Assembly: GCF_009914755.1 (NCBI RefSeq)
Contig: NC_060929.1
Strand: one strand, 5' to 3'
DNA length: 64,000 nucleotides
From: the human T2T-CHM13v2.0 reference genome, Homo sapiens
Below the pieces are notes generated by a model. The model saw nothing but the letters and a program-made list of their open reading frames with translations, was not told the DNA's origin and did no database searches. Position numbers and translations under genes: made by a program. Numbering within the stretch: the first letter of the stretch is position 1; the number at the start of each line of letters is the position of its first letter. This document shows, piece by piece, positions 25,948-40,386 of this stretch.

Positions 25948-26920
25948 TGTACTAGTTAGGGTCACACAAATCACTGTACCAAATCAACCACGAAAGGAGT
26001 AACAGCTCACACGCAGTGGCAGTTTATTTCTTGCCAAGTACTTCTAGGTCAATAAGGCCTGTTCTTCTCCACACAGGAATTTCAGGGCCCAGGAAGCTCT
26101 GCCATCTTCAATGTGTGGTTTCTATGGTCACTGGGGTTTCCTCCATCCAGTCATAAAGGGTTTTAGTAGACCATTGGGGTAGTTTTTACAGATCTGGCCT
26201 GAAAGTCTGCCCAGTCTGGACACATTTCCTTGGCTAACACTCAGTTACGTGGTATATTAACTTCCTGTTGCTGCTGTTACAAATTGCCACAACTACCATG
26301 GATTAAAACAATATACATCTATTCTTTTACAATTTTGGAGGGCAGAAATCTGAAATCAGTTTCACTGGGCTGAAATCAAGATGCTGGCAGAACCGCGCTC
26401 ACCCTAGAGGGACGGAGGAAAACCTGTGCTCAGCCTTCACCAGCTGCTGAAGCTGCATTGCTTACCCCTCCTTGTGCCTGCCCCCACCTCCATCTTCAAA
26501 GCCATGCTTTCTTTGGTGGTCACCATGCTACCTTCTTCTCTAGCAAATCTTTGTTAACCTCTCTCTTATAAGACACTTGTGATTGAATTTAGAGTCTACC
26601 ATGACAACGCAGGATAAACCTTCCATCTAAAGATTTTTAACTTTATTATATCTGCAAAGTTTCTGTTGCTGTATAACAGTTACAGATTTCATAAATTAGG
26701 GCCTGGATATCTTTGGGAGCTATTATTTAGTCTACTATAGCCTGCTTTTTGGTCCACAAAAATTCACATATATCCCACATACAAAAAACATTCACTCAGC
26801 CAAACACCTTGCAAAGTCTTAACCCATTACTGCATCAACTCAAAGCCCCAAATTCCCTAAATTTACCACACGTGGACATACTGAGCTGCAAGAGGATTGG
26901 GGAAATGTGCTGTCTGCTCT
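25948..26920 (-). mobile_element. Old MLT1K/L-like LTR, split by a younger MLT1 element
   Basis: TGTACTAGTTAGG...CACATTTCCTTGGCTAACACTCAGTTACGTGG, resuming CGTGGACATACTGAGCTGCAAGAGG...GGAAATGT. Confidence 0.6.
26253..26870 (-). mobile_element. MLT1B/C-like LTR (26253-26739) plus short MLT1-internal remnant
   Basis: TATATTAACTTCCTGTTGCTGCTGTTACAAATTGCCAC...TCTACTATA then internal-type CCCACATACAAAAAACATTCAC; flanked by CGTGG on both sides. Confidence 0.85.
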
Positions 26921-27594
26921 GGTGACCAGCTGGCAGTCTCTGTTGCACAATCAATGTCTGAAGAGTAGCTCCAAAGATCTTGTTTTTGACCTAGCTGTCA
27001 GGATTGAGGCTAAGCCATGCCTAAAGTGGTCCTTACTCACAATTACAATTTGGCAGTATGGTGGGGCCCAGGAGTGGGTTTCCCTGGAACTGTACTCCCA
27101 AAATATTTCCCCTCTTACAGCCCTTTTATCTCATCTAGTTAGAAGTCACCACCACTAGCATTGCTCCTTCATATTCTACAGAAAACAGTCATCAAATGAG
27201 TCCCAGAGAGAGAGGGCACTTTTCTAATCTTCTCATTTCGTGTGATAATGTGGATTATGTGTCCAGCCAGCCACCAGTGGATAGGACATGTCAAGTAGTG
27301 ATGGGGTGGGGAACAAGGACGATTGCTGGAGGAAGACAAGTTTTCCCTGCATTACTATTTTACTCTGTGAATCCTCTTAGATGCCCCTGGTAGTCTTCAA
27401 TGCAGAAAAAAAAGAAAGAAATGTAGAAAAGGAAGAGAGATAAAGGAAAAGAGCGTGTACACTAAGACCATGGCCTCAGATGACCTTCATTGGCATTCAT
27501 GCCAAGGCTCGCTCATCCCTATTCCGATATTGATGAGAGTAGTACCAGAAGAAGCATTTTATTCAGTGAAGATAACAGCAATGATGTACCAGAC

Positions 27595-27812
27595 ATAACA
27601 TGGTATTTGGAGCCAGACAGACCCCATTGAAATGTCATTTCCATCACTTACGAGCTATGTCATCTTGGACAAGATTGCTTAAGTTTTTTAATCTTCAGTT
27701 TCTTTGTCTATAAAACGAGGATGCAAATGTCTACATCACAGGGTTTCTGAAAGTTAAATGAAATAAAGTATGTCAAAATGCCTTTTATGTTGTGGACACT
27801 CAATTCACATTA
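27595..27812 (+). mobile_element. MIR SINE
   Basis: TTTGGAGCCAGACAGACC...CACTTACGAGCTATGTCATCTTGGACAAG...CTTCAGTTTCTTTGTCTATAAAA. Confidence 0.8.
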
Positions 27813-28149
27813 ACTTATTTTCACATTCCCCTTGCTACCATCCAAAGTTCTTAATTGGAGTCAATCAGCTGATGAGGAAGGATTTTCTCCCAAAAAGCAG
27901 AGGTTTGCAAATGACCTGCTTTGTGGACCGATGTCATGGCAGCTTCTCTTTCCTGGCAGCTCGTGAAACATGCTATGTATTCTTACATCAGAATAGAGTC
28001 CTTCCTGTTTCACCTTAAATAAGCCAAGTTCTTAGCAATCTTGTATTCGAATTTTTAACCTAAGAGAAATATGGATTTTATGAACATACAAAATTCCTCT
28101 TTCTAATTCACCAAGTTATTCCATCACTGTAATGTTGCCTTAAAAATGA

Positions 28150-28760
28150 ACTTGTTCCTTAATGACATCAAAATTGTTTAAATAAAATCATGCATATACA
28201 TGTCTATTTATCAAGCACACTTTATGATATAGTTTTATAAATATGGAAACTGTACCAAAAGATGCACATCAGGTGGATACCGCAGTGGTTTGGCAGGCAG
28301 TGGGGGTGTTGCAGGTAGAGTGGAAAAGGAAGAAGGCAGACGAGAGGTGAGCAAAAAAGAAGAAAATAGCACATAAATGCAATCACATTTAGGTATTTAC
28401 TTACATTTGTGTATGTAGACTCATAGAGATATTAGAAAAAGAAGATAAAGTTAGAACTAAAGCTACCCATTTGGAGAAGTAACCATGAAATATTGCTAAA
28501 TAACAGATTATTATTAAGTGGAAAATTGCCAAGTTTGTATGTAGCATGACCCCACTTTAGTGGAAATCAATCAATCAATAAAATCTGGGCATATGTGAAG
28601 TATTTGCGGAAGCAGAATAGAAAGGAATGCCATTAATATTTGTGTGTGTGGGTTACTGAGGAATAATTTGCTTTGCTTTTCTATATCTTTCTATTTGATT
28701 ATACAGGCTTGTGTGGTTTTTGTAATTTGGAAAAAATCATTTTTTTGAATTAAGAAACAA
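28150..28760 (+). mobile_element. Very old L1 (L1ME-like) 3' fragments
   Basis: TATTAAGTGGAAAA...TATGTAGCATGACCCCACTTT...TTTTGTAATTTGGAAAAAA pattern; highly degenerate. Confidence 0.4.
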
Positions 28761-29497
28761 ATAAAGTTAAAAAATAGCATGCTTTATATTCAGAACTGAT
28801 ACTATCCACCCAGTGACTGGCTGGATAGGACACTGTCTAAGGTTCACTACTGCAAAAACTGTACAAGTTTTTGTAGTTTAGTATTAAAAGGACCTACAAG
28901 TAGCTTAAAATGTTGATATAGGCCTTGCTTTCTCCACTACTTCCCCAGCCCCCACTACATTACTCTAACCACCAGAATTAGACAGTTTTTTTCTACCCCC
29001 AAACAGAACATTAACCAGTATTGTCAGTTTCCAGGACATTCATGAATTCTCTTTCTGTTTCTAGAAGTGGCCCTTTTCAGGAGCTACATTCAAATGTGTG
29101 GGCATCCCCACTCCCACCTAGACAGGTAAGATAGGGCTGGATCTCAATATCTGCTTCCGTGCCTCTTGGGCCTAATTCATGCACATTGGATAGTCCTTTT
29201 CCTACAAACATGGAATTGCAGATTTGGGGTTGGGCTTGGAAGGTAAAGCGGCTTGTTAGGAGTTCTCCATATGGCTTAACTATATTATCAGCACTTCTCA
29301 TTGGGGTTTGGTGACAAAGCCCCAGCCAACTACAGGGTTATTTCACCTTCCATTTGTAAGCCACTGCACTGGGACTTTTTCCCCTTGATACTCCTTAGGG
29401 AAAGTAATGAGTCTGAGGCTAAATGTGGTCATCATTGGATACCCTGGTAAATGATAAACTTAATTATCTCATGATAGCATCCAACAGTCATGAAAGC

Positions 29498-30285
<788 letters not shown>

Positions 30286-31461
30286 AAAGTATTTGACATT
30301 CTACCAGGGGTGAGGTTGGCATGATGGTGGCCAGAATCTGTGGTTCTCTTTTTTCTTCTGATTCAAATTAATTAGGGTGTATAGTATTATTTAAAAGGGA
30401 AAGAGAACATGGATAATGTGGAACAAAATAAAAGTCTACAAGAAAAAATGATGCCTTTAAAATAGGAACAGTTGTCAGATATGGCAGCAGTCAAGCAGAG
30501 GAAATAAGGACACGCAAAGTATAATATATGCAGGTGAGATTTTAAAAGCTTAATAAAATGAAGAAAGAGCGAAAGACAGAGCACTAGCAAACAGTGCAGG
30601 CTTTTTTCAAAATAAGGTAGCATCAGCTTCAGATCTGAGGATTTTAAAAATTGCTTTTCATCTGGTAACGTGAAAATTAGCATAAGGTTTTGAACTACAT
30701 GATCTCTCCTATTTCTTCCAAGTCTAAGATCCTCTGTGAAATTCAAAATAGCCATGTCATGATATATTATTTTAAACAGCAATAAAAAAGTTTCAGCAAC
30801 ATTTCACTCTTTGTTCTTGATTTAAGTTGAGACATTTAAGCTAATAAAGCCAGGATCAATACATTCACATGCACACACATAGACACACACTCACATGCCC
30901 ATACTCGTGCTCATGTGTGTTTTTCCTAAAACAGCTAGTGAATATGAAGACATTTGGCAAGCATAAAATAGGGAGAAGTTGGTTGATCAGTTAGTTACTG
31001 AACACCGCCCTTGCATATGAACAGGGTAAAGTAAAACCTTACATTTGGAAAAACACTGATACACTGACAATATCACTTGGAGAAAAATTTTACAGAGTAA
31101 GAGTCAATTAGTGTTATACAAGGTGCTTGAGAATGGAAGCATGTTTTCAATTATCCTTATCCCTAGAGTCAAATATTTAAAACATGATGTCACAGTTGAC
31201 CAATGAGACACTAATGCTCCTCTGGTGCTCTGGCTCTTGTCTCCATAGACCCTTTGCCTTGGGCAAGACCCTGAGAGGTTCTTTATGCAGCCAGGAGAGC
31301 CAAAAATCAGGGGAAGTGAGCAGAGCTCAAGTCCAGATGTGGAAAGAGGAGAAACTGCATGATTTTCAAGTGTGTTTATGGAGCTTGTCAGATGCATAGT
31401 GTGTCTCTATTTTAAATGAACAGATTAAGCAAAATGTTCACTTAATGGAAGCATTGCCCTT

Positions 31462-31955
31462 TGTGTTAGTCAGAGTTCTCCAGAGAAATAGAACCAATAG
31501 GAGGTATATATAAATGAGATTTATTATAAGTAATTGCCTCACATGATTATGGAAGCTGAGAAGTGCCATGATCTGCTGTCTGCAAACTGGAGATCCAGGA
31601 AAGCAGCAATGTAGTTTGAAGGCCTGAGAACAAGAAAGCTGATGGCATATATTCTAGTCAAAGTCTGAAGGCCCGAGAACGAGGGGGGTCAAGGGCAGTA
31701 GATTGATGTCCCAGCATGAGTGGTGAGGGAGAGAGCAAATTCAACCTTCCTAGCCTGTGTGTTCTATTCCAGGCCCCAGTTGTAGGATGGTGCTCACCCA
31801 CATTGGGGAGGAACATCCGCTTTATTCAGTCTATCCATTCAAATGCTAATCCCTTCCAGAAACCCCTTCATAGACACACTCCAGAAATACAGTTTAACCA
31901 GCTATCTGGGCATCCCATGGTTCAGTCACGTTGACATGTAAAATTAATGATAACA
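31462..31955 (-). mobile_element. MLT2 (ERVL) solo LTR, MLT2B-like
   Basis: TGTGTTAGTCAGAGTTCTCCAGAGAAATAGAACCAATAGG...AAAATTAATGATAACA; perfect TSD CCCTT. Confidence 0.93.
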
Positions 31956-32807
31956 CCCTTATCAGCATGTTAGGATTTTTAGTGTACTGAGCACAAGCAC
32001 TGAACCTCCCAGAGTTCTGTATGGGGGTCTGTGTCTGGGTGCAGAAATCAAATAGGCAACTCAAAGCTTTTGGATGGATCAAGACATCATTGGTAGAAAA
32101 GCCAGCGGGGAAGTCTTTAACATACAGATATTGAATCCAATTCAGACACACAGAAGCAGCACCTCAAGTTCCCTGGTACCTGCTTCTGGGCTAGGCTGGA
32201 CCAGTTCACCTGACTTTGGCTTTAAAGGTTCTATACAGTTGAGGCAAAATTATTAGTTGAATATCACTGCTCTGAGATTTAGTTACCCTTCTTTTTCCTC
32301 CATCCAGAAAATCTTTTCATGGGGCGCGAATATGGGCAGACTCATGATTTACATGGACACACGTGAAGGTTGCCTACTTTTGACACGTGTTGTTCCTTGG
32401 TCTCCAGAGCTGACTTGCGTGATCATTGCTGAAGGGGTGGGCAAGGAGGGGTCCTTGCTCTACAGGAGCCATCCACAGATAGGTGGCACCTCCAAGGGAA
32501 GATAAAGAGGGTTGTATTTTTCTTACAGAATCCCCCAAATTTTAATTTGAAATAATGTTTTTTAATTTGAAATAATGTGGGGATTTTTTGCCCTTGAGTA
32601 TGGCACTTGGCATGTCGATAGTACCGGAATGTATTCTCTCATCCCCAATATTGCCTTGTTTTTCCCCAGCCACCTCTTTCCTTAAGACATGAATTTCATA
32701 CAACAAAAAAGTCATTGCTAGTTAAAGTATTTTCCAAATTTTACATGATGATAACCCCTACTCATGACATCATGATGGATATCTATTAAGTTATGACATA
32801 TAACATC

Positions 32808-33012
32808 GAATTAAAAGCATGGCCTCTGGATCCAGACAACCCGGGTTCAAATCCTGGCCCTACCCCTTGCTAGTCTGCACTGTGACTTTGGACTTCATCT
32901 CTCAGTGCCTGTTTTCTCATCTGTGACATCTACTTCATATAACTACTGTGGGAGTTAAGTGAGCAAACATTTGTAAAGTACTTGGAACAGGAACTTCATA
33001 TGTGTTAGCTTT
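32808..33012 (+). mobile_element. MIR SINE
   Basis: AGCATGGCCTCTGGATCCAGAC...GGGTTCAAATCCTGGC...CTCAGTGCCTGTTTTCTCATCTGT. Confidence 0.8.
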
Positions 33013-33073
33013 TGTTCTTCTCTTTTTTGCATATGTGTAGATGAACTATGTATGGCTTTAAAAATGTTTTCCT

Positions 33074-33381
<308 letters not shown>

Positions 33382-33734
33382 TTAACACAAGGCTACTAAC
33401 AAAAAGCTGAGCTCTTGCATCTATAGATTGTTCAGGGGAGTTTAGCCAATTTTTAGATTGAAGCATGAGTGAATCTGGTGGCAGGTAAGCCCCATTCACA
33501 AAAGCCTAGATCATTGCTTTGTTTTTATTTTCATTAGGGTACAGAACAGAAAAGGACTTCACTCTACATAGACTTCTCCACCTGGAATATATTAGAATAT
33601 TTATTAGACATCAGTTACTCACTAGACGTGTCATTAAAAACTTCAGGAATAGCCCCACACGTCTATAAATTCTGAGAAAATTACAGGGAAGAGAGGTCAA
33701 GGAGAATGGAAGGTAGTTGAAGGAGAGAAGCCAA

Positions 33735-33900
33735 CATACACTGAGAGCCTCGTATATGCCAGACAGCATAATGCACACTTCATGTGTACATCTCTTAACC
33801 TGGCAAGGGATTACTACTGCATCTTTTAGATGAAGACAATATGTGTGGGAGAGCCTGGATTTGAACCCAGGACTGTCTGACTCTGGAGAGTATGCTCTTT
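33735..33900 (-). mobile_element. MIR SINE
   Basis: CTGAGAGCCTCGTATATGCCAGACA...TTTTAGATGAAGA...GGATTTGAACCCAGGACTGTCTGACTC. Confidence 0.7.
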
Positions 33901-35544
33901 CCTCCTCTTGAATTTGCCTTGACAGTGCTGTGTGACACATATTGTATATGGTCACCATTCATAATTATGATCGCAAATAATCAAAATAAGATTATTTCTC
34001 ACTGTAGGTTTCTTCCAACTCAAGTAAAGATACAGCATGTTTTCAATATTTTTTATTTGAAGCAGTTGCAACAAAATGAATTTTTATTCTTAAAGAGGTG
34101 ACACGTATGTTTTGAGGAAAGGTCTCTGAGTTTTTTGGCAGTGCAGAATAAACAACAATGCAGCTAAACCAAGCAGCTGGTGGGTTGTTTTGGGGCCCAT
34201 AGAACAGGAGGGAGCCTGTACAACTGTGCCCAGCTGTGAAGTTTCTAGAACACCCTCTTGGATTCCAATGCTTCTAATGATAGCCTGCCCCCCATGGAAA
34301 ACGCAGGTCCTCTGACCCCTCTCCCAATCACCCAGAGCAAAGACACTGAAGAGATCCAGCCTCCAGTCTCTGACTGTTGTCTCAGCATGGCCATTCTCTC
34401 CTCACATCTCCCTAGGATGGCGCAGCAGGTCCAAAACTCACTCACTTCCAACCCAGGGGCAGGCAAGAGGGGACAGAGTCCCTCAGAGACATCCCCAAGA
34501 CGCACCCCACTTCACACCTGCACCCACTCTCATCCCCTCCTCCAGAATGCATGGGCCACTTTCACCACGGGGGTTGTTTCCTCCCCTCTCAGAGGGCTAT
34601 CTACAGGGGCTTTGGGAAAATTTGTCAAAGAAGGGGTTGAGGAGGAATAGGGTGAGAATTTTTATTTGCTTAATGAGGTGTTTTGGCACCATGAAATCCT
34701 CTGAGATAACACTCCTTTCTTGGATAAAGAAATATACTCTTGTTGTATATCCCAGCCTCTTGTCAGATGGCTCTCAGGAGTTTACTTCTAAATTTTAGTG
34801 AATATACTCTACATTGCAGCAGTATTTGCTGAGGCTGAATGAAAGATGAACAAATCTTAGATTGGAATAAATGTAAGATATTAAGACACTCTGTGAAGAA
34901 AATGAACATTCTTTCCATTACAGAGTATAAAAATGACAGAATTTCCTATCAACACTAGAGCTGCCTTGGGTAACCTGTGTTCATAGACAGAGGTCAGTAG
35001 GAATACCTGGTGGTCCAGAGTTGGTCGAAAGGTAGAGTGTTTTAAATTAGAAACTTTTTACCTAAATCCAATGCCTATACAACCTATCAGAACCCTGGAG
35101 ATTGCCCTGAAAGATGGGTCAGAAGAGGATGCAACTGAGGATATTCATGCCCCACAAAATAATCAGGTTGTCTGTTGAAACACATATCACCAGATTCTCA
35201 CTTTCAAACTAGATTCCTGGCAGGTGTGTGCACAGAGAAAACATTAGGGAAGTATAGCATTGTATAGGTAAAGAAGGCTTTGACCCCAAACTCCATCTGT
35301 TTTCTATTTTAGCAGCCTAAGATGGTTCAGGTGTGAGCCTAGAGGTAGATGTTTGCCCACATAGTGTTAAAAAAGACTAGATTCATAGAGCTAATATGCA
35401 TAAAACTACATAAAACAGTGCCAGGAACATAATAATATACTCTATAAGCATTAGTTGCTCCTTTTATCATCCTATTATTTTAAGTGGTAGCCACCTTCCT
35501 CTCTTAAGCAATCAATATCAGTATCCTGGCCTAGACTTAATAGG

Positions 35545-36265
35545 TGCTATGCTTTGAATGTGGCCCCCAAAAAGCATGTGCTGGAAACTTAATTCCCAAT
35601 GCAACAGTGTTGGGACGTGGGGCCTGATGGGAGGTGTTTAGATCTTGAGGGCTCCACCCTCATGAATGGATGTATTAGTCTGTTCTCACGCTGCTGATAA
35701 AGACATACCCAAGCCTGGGTAATTTATAAACAAAAAGAGGTTAATGGACTCACAGTTCCATGTGGCTGGGGAGGCCTCACAATTACGGCAGAAGGCAAAA
35801 GGCACATCTTACATGGTGGCAGACAAGAGAGAAGTGCCAAGCAAAATGAGGAAAAGCTCCTAATGAAACCATCAGATCTCATGAGAACTCACTCACTATC
35901 GTGAGAACAACATGGGAAAGACCCAACGCCATGATTCAATTACCTCGCACTGGGTCCCTCCCATGACGTGTGGGAATTATGGGAGCTACAATTCAAGAGG
36001 AGATTTAGGTGGGGACACAGCCAAATCATATCAACGGATTAATGTCAATTAGAAAAGGTCTGGAGGCTGCAAGTTTAATCTCTCGCTCTCTCATTCTTTC
36101 TCACCTGCTGCCATGAGATGATGCAGCAATGAAGGCCCTTGTGCAGCGCCAGCACTTTGATATTGTACTTCCCAGCCTCCAGAACTATGAGGAATCAAGT
36201 TCTGTTATTTACAAATTACTCAGTCTTGGATATTCTATTATAGTAGCACAAAACAGACTAAGAAA
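35545..36265 (+). mobile_element. MST (B/C-like) LTR split by THE1
   Basis: TGCTATGCTTTGAATGTGGCCCC...CCCTCATGAATGGA | TTAATG...AAACAGACTAAG. Confidence 0.85.
35671..36033 (-). mobile_element. THE1B-like solo LTR
   Basis: TGTATTAGTCTGTTCTCACGCTGCTGATAAAGACATACCC...GACACAGCCAAATCATATCA; TSD ATGGA/ACGGA. Confidence 0.94.
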
Positions 36266-38075
36266 ATGGGAAAAACCTGGATTACCCAAAAGGGAAACAC
36301 AATCATATTACAAAGTATTATCCTGCTAACCTATGGTTTTCAATATAATAGTTTTGTTGGTTTGTTGGCTTCTCTGGATTTTTGAAACACAAGAGAAACA
36401 CAGTCACAACCAAAGACTGGAAAACTGACTCAGCCCTGCCTAGCAGTTAGGTTTCTTAAAATGTGTAGACAAGCCAGTTTTCAGAGTGGACTGTTCTAAC
36501 TACTACCCTGAGAAATAATCTCGTATTTAATTCTGAGTGTACCAAGTCATAAAGGCATATGTGTTCTTAAGACAAATAGACTTGGGTTTTTGAACTACAA
36601 ATAGATTTTGGAGCATAATGTAGGCACAGATAGAGCTATCTATTTCTTCACAGTGGGATTAAACAAATGATGACTTCAAGGGAAATAACATTTGAAGAAA
36701 CCATCCTTTCACATCAAAGCCAAATTAGGGACATAAATTAGGAATCAAAGGCCAGATAAAACTACTGGTTTCATAGAGAAAAAGTCTAGAGGTTTACTGA
36801 AGACTACAAGTGCAATATTTCTTTCCAAAACAAAATGTCATTATCACAAGGGTTTGCTTTTGCAAGCAGCCACAGCTGTATATAATATGTAAATTCGTGT
36901 CACCGGCTCAAAAACCACATTGAAATAGAATTAAAAGCCTGGTTTGCATCCATCAAAGTTTGGTTGATATCAAGGTTACGCCAAGTCTCCCAGCCCCATA
37001 ACGCTCCATGTTCTGCTATTCATCTGGCTCTTTATACTGGGTTGTTTGATCACTGATCATTTTGAGTTCCAAAGCAGAAGATCTGGAAGACAGAGGCTGG
37101 AGTTCAAGACTCAACTTTGGTTTCGTTTTCTTATCTCTTGCAGTCAGTTCTAAGTCTAGGAGTGAGCCAGCATTAATTTCTAATCCTTCATCTGTGGTGG
37201 ACTTGCACTTCTAATGAGTAAGGACCAGGAGATGAAAATTGTGAATGAAAAAGAAGGGCGACATTCATCACTGTGCCTCAGTTGGAATTAAGAGGAGGCC
37301 AGATCAGAGCAAGGAATGTCCACAGAATGACATCATGGGGGTCTCTGTCTAAGGACTGTGGATTTGGAACAAAGGGCTACCTTTACATTATGTCTAAATA
37401 AATTCTCTCTTTGAAATGGATGTAGGGGTTTTCCTGTGACTATGGTAAGGAAGAGAGAAAAACATTTTGCTGTGGAGTTGTGTGTGAATAGATAGAGCTG
37501 CTGATGGAGGCTTCAGCTTTGAACACTTCATACCTTGTCTGAACAAGCGAAATAACAATTACATACTGATTATATAAGTATTCCATATCTAGATTTATCA
37601 TGTCCTTCTCCACTTAAATTATGTAGGTGCAAATAACAGGAAACAATGTCTGCCCTGACGGATCTTTTAATTTCAGGAAAGTGACTGCATAATAAATTGA
37701 GGTATTAGGCCCTAAATCCCCCACGGTGAAAAATATTTAACATTTATCGACCTATTATGTTATGCTGGGTGTCAGCTCTAACCCCACCTCACTTCTGCTT
37801 TGTGACCTTGGGGAAGTAATAACCACCTCTTGTGTTAATTACATAGGGATAATTACCAGAGAAAATGATAAAAGTATGCCTATTTCTTCAGGGTCTTTGA
37901 GTGTCACCGACACTACCAATCAACATTTTAAATCATAATAAAGAAAATATGGCCTCTCCATATATCTACCAAACTTTCAAAAATAGACGTCGATCACAGT
38001 TTCAATATCCTGATATTCATGTAGCATCTTTATTACCGCACTCTAAACCACCATCTAGTTAGTCCCCTCACCTGA

Positions 38076-38436
<361 letters not shown>

Positions 38437-38617
38437 GCTTCACATCAAACTATTCAATATAGCATCTACTCCATGCACGATACTGAATGCAAAAAGGAAA
38501 CCTGAGGTAGACATATGTGTTTTAAAAAGGACAATTTTGAAAGTTGACACATAGGTTCAAGATTTATTATTATGTTAGCAAATATAATGAAGCATTCTTC
38601 AAAGAATTAAGACATGA

Positions 38618-38706
38618 CTCCCATCCAAGTACTTACCAGGCCTAACCCGGCTTAGCATCTGAGATCAGATGAGGTCAAGCATGTTCAGGATGATATGGCT
38701 GTAGAT
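38618..38706 (-). pseudogene. 5S rRNA retropseudogene, 3'-truncated (nt 1-89), tailless
   Basis: Minus strand ATCTACAGCCATATCATCCTGAACATG...GCTAAGCCGGGTTAGGCCTGGTAAGTACTTGGATGGGAG aligns ungapped to human 5S as I recall it (about 73/89 by hand); TSD AGACATGACTC. Confidence 0.95.
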
Positions 38707-38749
38707 GAGACATGACTCATTCTCAAATAAAAAACTGCATACGTGTGTG

Positions 38750-38903
38750 TTTCAGATCTTGGATGGGCAAGTTCTTCTCTCTGTATCTCTGTTTTCTTGC
38801 CAATAATAGCACCTAGCTTACTGTGAGCTAGAGTTGCTGTGAGAATTAGATGAAATAATATGCATGAAGAATTTAGAAAGGGAACCTAAATCAAAATGAG
38901 TGC
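38750..38903 (+). mobile_element. MIR SINE (interrupted near its 3' end by MLT1)
   Basis: GGGCAAGTTCTTCTCTCTGTATCTCTGTTTTCTT...GTTGCTGTGAGAATTAGATGAAATAAT. Confidence 0.7.
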
Positions 38904-39306
38904 TGTTACAAGCTGAATTCTATTCCCCCAAAACTCATATATTAAAGCCTCAGTATTTCAGAATGTGGATATATTTGCAGATAGGGACCTTAAAGAGGTA
39001 ATTAAATTAAAATGAGGCCATTAGAGTGGGCCCTAATCCAATTTGAATGGTGTCCTTATAAGAAGAGGAAATTAGGACACAGAGCGAGACACAGGATTGC
39101 CACATGAAGGGGCGGCAAGAGTGGCCATCTACAAACCAAGGAGAAAGGTCTGGATCAGATCCTTCCTTTATGGTCCTCAGAGGAACAGACCTTACAGGTG
39201 CCTTGCTGTTGGACTTGCAGCATCAAGAACTGTAAGAAAATAAATTCTGGTTTTTAAGCCACCGGTCTGTGGTATTTTGCTATGGCTGCACTAGCAGACT
39301 AATACA
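38904..39306 (+). mobile_element. MLT1A/B solo LTR
   Basis: TGTTACAAGCTGAATT...GGGCCCTAATCCAAT...GTCCTTATAAGAAGAGGAAATT...GACTAATACA; perfect TSD AGTGC. Confidence 0.93.
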
Positions 39307-40386
39307 AGTGCTCATGTGTGTTTGCTATACAGAGATGAGAAGTGCAGGGAGAGGAAAATGAAAATGTGCACAGGACACTACAGATGAATTGCACACGGCT
39401 GCAGCTTCCTTCTTGGGTGGATCTCCTTGGACTACCTTAGGTAGCTCTATCTTTGCTGCACCAGTGCAGTGTTGTCAGATTGTCTTCTTAAGCCAGGGAG
39501 GAAATTCTGGAAAAAATCACAGCTACTTGCAGACAGAGCAAAAGCAGAGCATCTCCATCTGGATTAATTTATGAATTCTGTGTGGAAGGACACTGAGTTT
39601 CGAACGATACCAAAAGGAACACACCAGTCAAAAGGAGCCCTGATTCCCCTTAAAGCTATTGTCCTTTCTGCAGGTATAAATCAATAGTGTGTTTTCAAAA
39701 TGTGTTGTTTCTTTTGAATGTCTTGATTTCTCCAGGCAAAGAAATTTAGAGTCCAGAGTTAAATAGAACAACCCAGGACAATATGTATCAGCATCTATTC
39801 ATAGAGTCCTAATCAGCGCAATCATGAACAATATGTTTCCCGTAAATCACTCACACTGGGTAATGTATGCAAATATGCAATTCCTTGCTACGGACCCAGA
39901 CTGCTAATGTGCCCTTCCCCAGTGAGGTCCAGGAGGCTAAAGGAGATCGTGCTCAGAGTTATATGTCTTTGCAGTGCCATCTCAACAATAATAATTTCAA
40001 AAATTCCACAGGGATCTAATAGCGCATTGCTGCCAATAGCTGGATCTTTTTATTGCTAAATGTTCTCTTTCTCCCTGACTTGTGGCATAGTTTTAAAATC
40101 ACGTAGTGCAGCTTATATTTAGGAGAAACCAGATGATATCTCTATATCCTGAGGTCAGACCCCAACAGTCCATCAGTTAGTTCTGGAATGCCAAGGGCTA
40201 TGTATGAGACGTTTTAAGTACTTCATTAGTCTGATGCCCTGTTCCCCAGAGCTCTCATCTAACAAAAGGTATTATGAGTGCTTTCCAAATGTTCAGTTGT
40301 TTTAAATCATTGCTATTAAACATCGGCAGGCTGTGTAAGGAAGAGAATCTTAGGATTTTGATGATACCTTTTTAAATCTTCCAGAC

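Noticed and set aside
34258-34650. 130-aa Pro/Ser-rich ORF
   Set aside because: Non-ATG start, no recognisable homology, no convincing splice context
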